Shown piece after piece: positions 10,441 through 19,993 of a stretch of DNA of 64,000 nucleotides (positions are counted from its first letter, which is position 1; each line of letters opens with the position of its first letter). Made by a program: the position numbers and the translations under genes. The stretch is taken from contig CBDHDG010000006.1 in the NCBI GenBank assembly GCA_965261595.1, positions 256,001 to 320,000 of the forward strand. The letters are read 5' to 3'. Below the pieces are notes generated by a model, which worked only from the letters and a program-made list of their open reading frames with translations, had not been told where the DNA came from and made no database searches. Source of the stretch: a bacterium. GTDB lineage: Bacteria > UBA8248 > JACPRG01 > G963555815.

Positions 10441-10718
10441 CAGAAGTTTCCCTGGGCTACGTCCCGTAGCACTTGCTTGTCCAGCGACAACTCGGCCACC
10501 AGTCGCTTCAACCGCGTATTTTCCTTCTCCAGCTCCTTCAGCCGTTTCGCCTGATCCAGCTTCGGCCCTCCATATTCCTTCCGCCAGCGGTAATAAGTCT
10601 GGGTGTGGATGCCGGCTTCCTTGCAGGCTTCGGGAGCCGGCTTCCCGTTTGCCATCTGCACTTCGATCTGCCGCAGCAAGGTCACAATCTGCTCTGCTTT
10701 GTACTTTCGGACCGGCAT
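10440..10718 (-). CDS. IS3 OrfA
   Basis: EQIVTLLRQIE...TYYRWRKEYGG...LKELEKENTRLKRLVA. Confidence 0.9.
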   Translation of the reverse strand: MPVRKYKAEQIVTLLRQIEVQMANGKPAPEACKEAGIHTQTYYRWRKEYGGPKLDQAKRLKELEKENTRLKRLVAELSLDKQVLRDVAQGNF

Positions 10719-11085
10719 GTCCAGCTTCCTCCTTCGTGAGATCCTCTCTCACTTCTGCTGGTACAAAAAACGCCGGGCAGGTCACCTGCTTAGCCTTCCA
10801 TGCTCCTCCCGTGGCCGCATCACCACCCCTGGCAATGAGTTGATCATTACCAAGATGATGCCGACCGCTTGAGACCGCCGGTCAACTCCAGGACGCCATA
10901 CCAGAGACGGAATGGACGCTCATCCGACAAGCGGTGCAGCGTGGACAACTCACCGGGAGCACACGATTCATCGAGGAAGTCGCAATCAGAATTGGTATAC
11001 GCATTGACCGACGAGGACAAGGGAGACCCAAGAAACAGCATGCACCTCATGAAAAATAAATCTGTCCCCTTTTCTGTTTCCATCC

Positions 11086-11161
11086 GTGGTAAGATAAGGT
11101 GCTTTGACGTTTCATGAGGGCAGCGGGATTGCTAGAAATGGTCATCTGGGAAATCCCAGTG
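11086..11161 (+). repeat. IS1380-like terminal relic; diverged direct repeat of 3460-3535
   Basis: GTGGTAAGAT...GGTCATCTGGGAAATCCCAGTG. Confidence 0.6.
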
Positions 11162-11186
11162 AAATGGTTTCTTGGAGGGGAGGACA

Positions 11187-12173
11187 ATGAAAACTTTGGC
11201 AATTGCAACGGTCTGGGCCCTCGTCCTGGGATGGACGGCGGCGCAGACCTCGGCGGCGGATAAGGTGCTCTTCGTTCTGGACTGGGTCCAATATGGCTCT
11301 CACGTCGGCTATTACAACGCCCTGGAGGGGGGATTCTTCAAGAGGGCCGGGATGGACGTCACGATCCAGCGGGGCTACGGCTCGGGGGATACGATTAAGC
11401 GGATAGGGGCGAGGAGGGGCGACTTTGGATTTGCTGATGCCGGGACCCTGGTGGTCGCCCGCAGCAGGGGCACGAAGGTCAAGAGCATTGGCGTCCTGTA
11501 CAACCTGGCCCCTCACACGGCCTTCGCCCTGAAGAGTTCGGGGATCAGAACCGTAAAGGACCTCTCTGGAAGGCGTTATGGCGATGATGCGGGTGGGTCC
11601 ACCTTCATCCTCTTTCCCGCGTTGGCGGCGCTCCATGGCGTGAAAGATACGAAGTTCACGAACCTCGCTCCCGCCGCCAAGGATCCCGCCCTGCTCGCCA
11701 AAAAGGTGGATTTCACCTGTACGTATTTGGACCGCCTCCCCAGCTTGCAGGCCGCAGCGGCGACGATAAACGACGAGATCGTCGCGCTACAGTGGGCCGC
11801 CAACGGGCTGGATTTCCATGGAAACGGCATCATCGTCCACGACGACACTATCCGGGACAAGCCGGATCTGGTGGGCCGCTTCGTTAACGCGGTGTTCAAG
11901 GGAGTGGCCGAGGCCATCAGGAACCGCGATCTGGCCGTCCAGAGGTTCGTGAAAAACTTCCCGGTCGCGGATCCCAGCATGATTAACAAGCAGTGGGGGG
12001 TCCTCATTTCCCTGGCCTATAGCGACGAGACAAAGAAGATCGGTCTGGGCGGGCTGAGCGAGAAGAAGATGAATGGGACCATCGATCTGATCACCAAGTA
12101 CATGAAACTGCCGTCCAGGGCGCGTGTGACCGACATTTACGCGCCTCAATTCTTGAAAAAGATCCTTCCCTGA
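11187..12173 (+). CDS. ABC substrate-binding protein, NMT1/THI5-like
   Basis: Signal peptide, VLDW, GYGSGDT, ADAGT motifs; GGAGG RBS. Confidence 0.88.
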   Translation: MKTLAIATVWALVLGWTAAQTSAADKVLFVLDWVQYGSHVGYYNALEGGFFKRAGMDVTIQRGYGSGDTIKRIGARRGDFGFADAGTLVVARSRGTKVKSIGVLYNLAPHTAFALKSSGIRTVKDLSGRRYGDDAGGSTFILFPALAALHGVKDTKFTNLAPAAKDPALLAKKVDFTCTYLDRLPSLQAAAATINDEIVALQWAANGLDFHGNGIIVHDDTIRDKPDLVGRFVNAVFKGVAEAIRNRDLAVQRFVKNFPVADPSMINKQWGVLISLAYSDETKKIGLGGLSEKKMNGTIDLITKYMKLPSRARVTDIYAPQFLKKILP

Positions 12174-12281
12174 GGGGGGCGCGGTGGGGATCCAAAGGGG
12201 GCGTTCCGGAGACCGAAGTCGAGCGGATCGAAGTTCAGCTCGCGGGCGATGGAAGACATGCTCTTTTGAACTGGAATTCCC

Positions 12282-12469
12282 GGCTTTGTTGCAACGCGAA
12301 TTGCAGTGACGCGCTCATACACTTGCCAGTTGCGGACCCGATAAGATTTTTTTGTATACTTGTACTGGCTGCGTTTTGATAGTGGTGTAGCATGGTACCT
12401 TCGTCTCCGCCCAAGGGGGGCTGCGATCATATACATCGCAATCCTCCAACCCGAGCATGCACCAAAGCC
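12282..12469 (-). mobile_element. Internally deleted IS5-family (IS903-group) element, 188 bp
   Basis: IRs GGCTTTGTTGCA / GGCTTTGGTGCA enclosing residual KRSQYKYTKKSYRVRNWQVYE N-terminus. Confidence 0.7.
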
Positions 12470-12606
12470 CTAGACAGGGCCTGAAGGCCGCAGGCGGGTC
12501 TTGCAGGGGTACGGGTGGCCAGTTCGTCGTTGAAAACCCGGCAGATTTCTCTGCCTGAATCGCTCTGCTCCTTATCGTCATATTGACGGTTAACTATATC
12601 GAACCA

Positions 12607-12758
12607 TTCTCATCAGCCGTGAAGATCTACTAACATATTGATATTGTTGAATAATAGACATTCTTCCTGCTCTTGTTTAGAACTTGCCTCGCGTAGACCG
12701 TAATCAAAATGAAAGCGGATTCGTTAAAACGCCCGCGCATCCAGGCGAGTCCCTGGCG
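12607..12758 (+). repeat. Left arm of 152-bp inverted repeat
   Basis: Ungapped reverse-complement match to 16297-16448; inner 67 bp match at 64 positions. Confidence 0.9.
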
Positions 12759-12999
12759 GTAAGCATTCAACCGTGGGGTGATGGCCGTGCCAAAGCCAGC
12801 GCCAGTTCGAAGTCCTGTCCTGTCCGAAAGGAGTCGGCCCGACCCAGTGCCCTCACCACTTCGGCAGCGGCAGGATAATCAAGTGGTCCCGGTGCATGAG
12901 CAGCATTCTCACTGACCGTGGGGGACTTTGGCCCGCGTCGTCAACCCTGACTCAGGAGATTCTGTGATTCGCTCTATCACCCCACGACTGAATGCTTAC
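12759..12999. mobile_element. IS66-type MITE (241 bp)
   Basis: IRs GTAAGCATTCAACCGTGGGGTGAT / GTAAGCATTCAGTCGTGGGGTGAT; no transposase. Confidence 0.8.
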
Positions 13000-13120
13000 C
13001 GACACGGAGTAACCGTTCGGACGGGCCGTGATGGGCACAGCGTTGGAAGCATCGTCTACATTGGATGGAATCTTCCCAAGACACTGATAACGCGATTCGG
13101 CATGTGGTATTCATGTCGGC

Positions 13121-15384
13121 ATGACGATTCGCGCAGAAGTTGCTCAAGCGGAACTTTCGTTGGTCGAGAGGCCAGATGTCCGATGGCCTCTTCCCCCCGA
13201 GACGTCCTCATGCAGGGCTCCGGACTGGCGTTCGCTGTTCAAGCGCGAGCGGGCGCGGGCGGAGGCGGCGGAGGCGCGCTGCGAGGAGTTGCGGTGGGCG
13301 GAGGTGGATTCCCGCGGCCGGGCGGGTTCGCTGAAGTGGCAGCTCGACACCTGCCGGAGGAAGCTGGAAGCGGCCGTCGAGGAGACGAAGGAAGTCCGCC
13401 GTGCGGCGAGAGACGCCCTATCGTTGAAGGCGGAAGTGGCGCGTCTGGAGAAGCTCCTGTCGGAAGCCAGGGTCAAGTCGGCCGGGGGCCGCTCGGGCGC
13501 GTCGCCGTCGGGGGAGGCCGCCCGGCTGCGCAAGGAGGCGGTCCGGCTGACCAGGGAAGTCGCCCGGCTGTAGGACCGGCTGGCCCGGGAGGCGCAGGCG
13601 TCGGACACCGACAAGGAGACCATCAGGTGGCAGGGCCGCGAGGTCATTGGGCTCCATACGGAGTTGAGGCGATTGCGCGACCAGGCGGAGGCGGTCAAGT
13701 CGTTGTCCGGGGAGGTCTACCGTCTGGGGTCGCCCTGGAAGTCGCCGGGGCCGCGAAGGAGCGGCTGAAGGCCCGGCTTTTGCGCGCGCGCGAGGCGGCG
13801 CGGTCGAGGTCGCCGTCGCGTGAGGACGCTGAACTGCGCAAGGCCCTGGGGAGGTCGCGCCGCCAGAAGACGGCGCTCAGGTCCCTATCCAGGGAGAACG
13901 CCCGGCTGCGCAAAGCCGTGAATGCATCGCAGAGCCAGAACGAGACGCTGGAAGCGCAGCTTGCGAAGCTTCGTGCGAGCGGGGCGGTGCTGTCGAAGGC
14001 GCTGTTCGGGCGCAGGAGCGAACAGCAGGAGAGGCCGCGCTCTGAGCGCCGGCGCGGCCGGCAGCCCGGAGCCGCCGGGCATGGCCGCACCCTGCGGCCC
14101 GCGCTCGAGGAGAGGACGGAAGAGCGCAATCCGCCGGCCGAGGCATGCGTCTGTGGCCGATGCGGGAAGCCCTACGTGGCCAACGGCGCCGAGGTCTCCA
14201 CCATCGTCGAGATCGAAGTCTCGGCTCACAAACGCGTCATCCGCCGTCCGCGATGGCGCCGGAGGTGCGACTGCGCGTCCTCACCCACCGAAGTGTCGGC
14301 GCCCCCGGCACCGCGCCTGTTCGCAGGCACGCCCTGCGGGACCAGCGTGTGGGCGCGGTTCCTGTTCGAGCGCTATGCCTGCTTCCGTCCCCTGCGCCGG
14401 GTCGCCTCGTGGCTGTCCGGCCAGGGGCTTCCTATCTCGCCGGGGACGCTGGGCGACAGCGCGCGCCGCTTCGCGCCGCTGTTCGAGCCGGTGACTGCCG
14501 CGATCCTCGCCCGCCAGAACGAGGCGGCGGTGCGCCATGGTGATGAGACTACCTGGCGCGTGCAGTCGCTTCGCGAGGAGAGCCGCTCGAGCCGGGCTTG
14601 GCTGTGGACCTCGGTCAGCGAGGACGCGGTCTACTTCCACGTTGACCCCTCGCGTGGCGCGGAGGTCGCGAGGAAGCTGTTCGGAACGGCCGGCCTCCAT
14701 ACGGTCATCGTCTGCGACCGCTACAGCGCCTACAAGAAGATGGCGCGCATTCCCGGGGGCCTGGTGACCCTCGCTTGGTGCTGGAGTCGTATGCGGAGAG
14801 ATTTTATCCACTGCGCGGCCGGCGAGGTGCGGCTGACGCGGTGGTGCCGGAGATGGATCGAGCGGATCGCACTGATCTATCGCCTGAACGAGGCTCGCCT
14901 GGCCCATTACGACCCCGGCCGCGACCGGCAGAGCGCGGCGTTCGACGCGGCGCAGGCCGCGCTGAAGAAAGCGCTCGACGGCCTGTTCGCGGAAGCCGGA
15001 CGGGAGTTGGCCTCCTTGCCGGAGCACGCGCGCGAGGGCAAGGCGCTACGCTCGCTGCTGAACCATCGCGAGGGCTTGAGCGTCTTCGTCGACCGCCCGC
15101 AGACGCCGATGGACAACAACGCCGCCGAGCGCGCGCTGAGGGGACCGGTGATCGGGAGACGGCTCTCGTTCGGCTCCGACCGCGAGACCGGCGCCCGGTT
15201 CACGGCGATGATGTACTCGGTCCTCGGTACCCTCGCGCCGGGCGGCATCGACCCTCTCCGCTGGCTGGCGGCATGGCTGGCGGCATGTGCGGAGAGAGGC
15301 GGCCGGGCGCCTGAGGACCTCTCGCCGTGGCTGCCCTGGTCGATGAGCGCGGAGCGCAGGCGCGCCCTCATGGCGCCGGGATGA
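13121..15384 (+). pseudogene. IS66 transposase (TnpC-like) with long coiled-coil N-terminus; TAG at 13571 and frameshift near 13730
   Basis: LFGRRSE, CVCGRCG, HGDETTW, VCDRYSAY, MDNNAAERALR motifs. Confidence 0.88.
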
Positions 15385-15388
15385 CGTC

Positions 15389-16261
15389 ATGATCGAGTGC
15401 CGCTATTACGGACGCGACTTCACCACCGAAGATATGACGCTCCTGCGCGCGCTGATCGCCGGTCCTCCGGCGCTGAACCGCCATGCGCTCTCGAAGGAGT
15501 TCTGCCGGCGCATCGGCTGGCGCAAGCCCGACGGCGGGCTCAAGGACATGATGGCCAGGGTGACCATGCTGGCCATGCACAAAGTCGGCCTGATCGCCCT
15601 GCCGCCGCCGAAGTGGCGGCAGAACCGGCCCGGGCTGATCGTCTTCGGTCCGGAGACCGAACCACCGCCGGTCCCGGCGCCGGCCACCCTGGAGGAGGTC
15701 CGCCCGCTCGACATGCGGATCGTCGTGCGCGGCACCGCCGGGGGCAAGCGGTGGAACGAGTTCGTCGCCCGTTACCACTATCTCGGCTACAGGACCCTCG
15801 TCGGCGCCCAGATGCGCTACGCCGTCCACGACCGCAACGGTTGCCCCATCGCCATGCTCGGCTTCTCCACCGCCGCGTGGAAGCTGGCCTCTCGAGACCG
15901 CTTCATCGGTTGGACGCCCGGGCTGCGCGAGAAGAACCGCCCCCTCGTGGTCGACAACCCGAGGTTCCTCATCCTGCCCTGGATCAAAATCCCCAACCTC
16001 GGTTCGCACATCCTCGCCATCGTCCGCCGTCGCCTGCCCCAGGACTGGGCCGAGCGCTACAACACCACCCCCGTGCTCATCGAAACCTTCGTCGAGACCC
16101 CCCGCTACACCGGCGCCGTCTACAGGGCATCGGGATGGACCCACGTCGGAACCACCCAGGGACGCGGACGCTACGACAGGTACACGAGACGCGCCCAACC
16201 GAAAAAGGATATCTGGCTCCGTCCCCTCAGAAAAAATTGGAAACGAACCCTCAACAGCTAA
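15389..16261 (+). CDS. DUF4338 / DruA-like (Mom-related GNAT fold) protein
   Basis: WNEFVARYHYLG, GAQMRY, RDRFIGW, RFLILPW, ETFVE, GAVYRASGW, G.TQGRG motifs. Confidence 0.85.
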   Translation: MIECRYYGRDFTTEDMTLLRALIAGPPALNRHALSKEFCRRIGWRKPDGGLKDMMARVTMLAMHKVGLIALPPPKWRQNRPGLIVFGPETEPPPVPAPATLEEVRPLDMRIVVRGTAGGKRWNEFVARYHYLGYRTLVGAQMRYAVHDRNGCPIAMLGFSTAAWKLASRDRFIGWTPGLREKNRPLVVDNPRFLILPWIKIPNLGSHILAIVRRRLPQDWAERYNTTPVLIETFVETPRYTGAVYRASGWTHVGTTQGRGRYDRYTRRAQPKKDIWLRPLRKNWKRTLNS

Positions 16262-16296
16262 ATTAACCCCCCATCACGGCCCGTCCGAACGGTTAC

Positions 16297-16448
16297 CGCC
16301 AAGGACTCGCCTGTATGCGCGGGCGTTTTAACGAATCCGCTTTCATTTTGATTACGGACTACGAAATGTGAGTTCTGGACAAGAACAGGAATATTGTGGA
16401 TTATCCAATAATATCAATAGGATATTAGAGTTGCACGGCTGGAAAGAA
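16297..16448 (-). repeat. Right arm of 152-bp inverted repeat
   Basis: Reverse complement of 12607-12758. Confidence 0.9.
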
Positions 16449-16461
16449 CGCCTACAAGCAA

Positions 16462-18423
16462 CTATCCGGCCAGAAAACCCGGATTCCGGCGAATCGCCTC
16501 CCGGTATTGTTGAATCGCGGCATCATAGCGCTTGCCTTTGCGGTAGAGGTTGGCAAGTTGGAAATAGGCCGAGAACGCATTTTGATTCAGCTCGATGGCC
16601 TTGCGAAAATGCCGTTCAGCCTTCGCGTTCATTCCCCGGGAGGCTTCCAGCTCGCCCAAGACCACGTAGACCCTCGGATCGGACGAATTCCGCTCCATGA
16701 AACCCGAGACCTTGGATATGGCCGCTGAAACTTTTTTTTCGGACAACAAAAGGGAAACATACTCGGTGAGAACATCGAAGGAATTCGGATCCAGGGAGGA
16801 CGCTTTTTCCAGGTGCTCCCCGGCCTTTTTCCGCCGATTCGCCCTACGCGCGATCCTTCCCATATCGAGAAACACCAGGGGATTCCCGGGGTCTTCCTTC
16901 ATGAGGGTTTGGTACAAATCCCGCGCCCGATTCTCACTCCCCACCGACTGAAGAAGCGCCGCCAGGCGCAGCTTGACCGGTGTATTCTCGGGCTCCAGCT
17001 CCATGATCGTCATGAACTGTTGAATGGCCTCCCGCTGGAGGTTTTGCCGCATGTAGACTTCCGCCAGTCTCACCCGAGCCGGGACGAACATGGGTTGGTG
17101 TTCCACGCTCTTCTTCAGAGACCGCACGGCCAAGTCCAATCGCCCCAGCCGCAAGTGGGCCAATCCGACGTAAAACCGCGCCCTGGGATAACGGGGCCGC
17201 ACGTTCAGCACCCGCTGAAGGTCAACGAGCGCATTCCGGCTCTTTCCCTGATCCAGCCGGATTCGAGCCCGCAGGAAGTTCACATCGGGATTGTCGGGAT
17301 CGGCCGCGATCAGGTTGCGGACGATCTTGCCGGCTTCCTCGCGCTTGCCTTGAACGTAGAGGATTCGGGCAATCCGCTCTTGGGAAGGGACAAAGCCCGG
17401 CCTGGCTTCGAGGCTCAAACGGAAGGCCTTGAGGGCCTCATCGCGCTTGCCCTCCATCAAACGGAGCTCACCCAGCGACCACAAGACCAGAAAGTTTTTG
17501 GGGTCCAGTTTCCTTGCTTTGTTGTACGCGGCGTCCGCTTTTTTGAACGCCTTGACGGACCGGTGGTAATGCCCCAGCCCCAGATGGACGACGGCCGAGT
17601 CCGGGTCCAGCGCCAGGGCTTTCCGGTAGGCCTCCTCCGCCTGATCCCGGAGGCGGCGGCTCGCGTAGAGATTGCCCAGGACGATATAACCGGCGGCCGT
17701 TTCGCTTCCAAGCTGAATCACCCGAACGGCCTAGGCCAGGGCCCGATCCAGCTTGCCGCCATGCAGATACAGGTCACGCAGGACAACGTGAACGCCCGGG
17801 TTGTCGGGCCTGAGTTTTTCAAGCATGAGCGCGTACCGTTCGGCCTTCTCTAAATGACCGAAGTTCAGCAGGGCGGCGACCAATTCGGTGAGCGCATCGG
17901 CATTGGCGGGGTCGAGCCGGACGGATTCCTCGTAGGCACCCACCGCGTCCCTGAAGTACCGTATCCACATCAAGCTGCGGGCCAGGAGAAGATAAGCTTC
18001 CGCGTTGTCCTTCTTGATCCGGACCGCCTGCCGAAGGTCGAGAGACGCCTGATAAAATTTTTCTTGCCTCAGGGCCGCCCGTCCACCCTCTACCAGACGC
18101 CTGAACCTGGCCGATTCGGACTCCAGGGCGCCCATGAAGTACAGGGAAACCAGAGCCACGACGCCTATTCCGCACACCATCCACAGGACCGATTTCAACT
18201 GGTTGACAACCCGCGCCGGACGATTCGACTGGGCCTGCTTTTGCTGGACGGCATCCATGGCCATCATCCCGCCGCGGGCGGTGATCTTTTTTTTGTGGGC
18301 GGTGATGGCCTTTTTTTCTTTCCACGTCAGGCGGGGAGGACGCGGCGGTGTTTTGGCGGGAGCGCCGGGGCGAGGGACTTTTGCCGCGGGCCGAACGGAC
18401 GGTCTTTTGGGGGGACGGCTCAA
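16462..18423 (-). pseudogene. Membrane-anchored multi-TPR protein (PrsT-like context); in-frame TAG at 17731; 3' end apparently truncated
   Basis: Two same-frame ORFs of continuous TPRs after one TM helix; ends mid-repeat next to the inverted arm. Confidence 0.8.
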
Positions 18424-18778
18424 GGCCTACACCTTCCGTCTGGATTCAGCGCCTGTCGGCCCGCGCGGGGGGGGGGCTCACTGAAAATTCCTGTCTTCCA
18501 TCAAAAACGAAAACCCCGGCCCTTGGAAATGGTTTTTTCATATAGAAACGGTTGTCATTCCGGGGAAGGGGCGAGACAGATTACATCCCAAGGGATTCCC
18601 GCACGGCGGAATCATACCGGCGTTGAGAGAAAATACACCCGGGTCGGGTCACACAGGGGAGGCGCCATGCTCGAAAAGGGTCCGGGAGAATTCAATCCGG
18701 CGACCACATTTTGAGGAGAAGGGAAGACGTCTCTTGAATCGGTCCACCCTGATCCGGCCGCCCCCCCACCTTCCCCCG

Positions 18779-19718
18779 TCAGACCGGCCGTCCCGGAGAC
18801 TCGCGAAGGGCTCTTTTCCGTTTGCGCCGCCAGGCGGCGAATCCCACCAGTCCGAGACCGCCGGCCAGGAGGGCGAAGGTCGCGGGCTCGGGGTTGGGGA
18901 TGACCCCCACGCCGAACGTGATGCCGCCGGTTTCGCGGTTGTCGTACTTGCCGCCAAGTCCGATCAGGTCCGCGGTGGAGGCGATGCCCGCGAGAACCTC
19001 GGCGCTCTTCTTCCCCAGCCAGCCCCTCCCCCCCCCCCCCCCCCCCTCTCGTATCGGATTTCTCCAAGCGGCTATAATTCCGGAACAGGGTCGCCAGGTT
19101 GGTCAAGGGGTCGTAAGAGAAAATGGCCGCGGAAGAAAGCAAGTCCGCCTTCTTCCCGGAAGCGTCGAAGATGTTGAAGGAGTCGTGCAGCGCGATCCCG
19201 ATCGCGTCTGGAGTCCGGCCGCGACTCCCGCTCTCCGATTTCGCATCGAATGTGCTCGCAACCATTCCCCCCAGATCAAATGAGTGGCCCGCCGCAAAGT
19301 TGAAACTTCCGATGAGACCCACATCCTGGAATTTCTCCCAGGGGGAGGCGTCCGCCGTCGATGAAATCTTCGGCTTCATGCTGAACAAGATGAAGTTCAT
19401 GATGCCGGCGGCGGCTTCCGGATTGACGCTCTCCGGACGGGAGGCCGGCGAGCTTTCGTCGCTGTAGATGCCGGCGGCCAGCGTGACGGCCGGCGTGAAA
19501 TTCCTGAAGGTCACCGCCTCCCGGCCGTTGCTTCCATCGTCGCCCTGAACCACGACGGCCATGCCGCCCAGATAACGCGAGCCGGTGACGGCGTCGTTCA
19601 ATGACAAAGCGCGCGGGGGGGAGACCACCGCCAGGACGGCGAGCATGATCGTCCCGATGAACCAGGAGCGCCTGATGATTTCTTGAATGAATGTACGGTT
19701 CGACTTTCGGGTCCGCAT
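18779..19718 (-). CDS. PEP-CTERM sorting-signal protein, frameshifted at C19 tract (19028-19046)
   Basis: Signal peptide; alternate frame ends VIPNPEPATFALLAGGLGLVGFAAWRRKRK. Confidence 0.8.
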
Positions 19719-19768
19719 GATAGACTTCGTCTCCGCCCCACGTGGACTAGCTGAAATATAAGCTCGAT

Positions 19769-19814
19769 GGGCTTGATTACAATCCCAAAAAGGGCTTGAT
19801 TACAATCCCAAAAA
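19769..19814. repeat. Perfect 23-bp tandem duplication
   Basis: GGGCTTGATTACAATCCCAAAAA x2. Confidence 0.9.
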
Positions 19815-19993
19815 TCAATTTCCGGACCCTTCCGGCCGGGGGAGCCGCGGGACGCGAAACCTTGACACCCCCGAAGGGCAAACGATATATTTTCAGCCTG
19901 CTGATGAGGTTGATCGGCGGAATCGGGCAGGAGACAAGACTGCCCTTTCCTTCCCTTGTAAAATTCCGCGCCGGAAAAACGAGGAGACCCACC

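Larger units (their letters stand above)
9549..10784 (-). mobile_element. IS3-family (IS407-like) element
   Basis: TG...CA ends, IRs TGACCAGACCGATTTTTTGTAC / TGACCTGCCCGGCGTTTTTTGTAC; no TSD. Confidence 0.88.
13009..16296 (+). mobile_element. IS66-family element with DUF4338 passenger
   Basis: Perfect 27-bp IRs GTAACCGTTCGGACGGGCCGTGATGGG. Confidence 0.92.

Noticed and set aside
10785..11075. Short ORFs and the AAATAAATCTGTCCCCTTTT motif
   Set aside because: No coherent protein; the motif is single-copy here, so a repeat cannot be supported
15389..16261. Complete Druantia system
   Set aside because: No DruE helicase or other dru genes; the gene lies inside IS66 IRs
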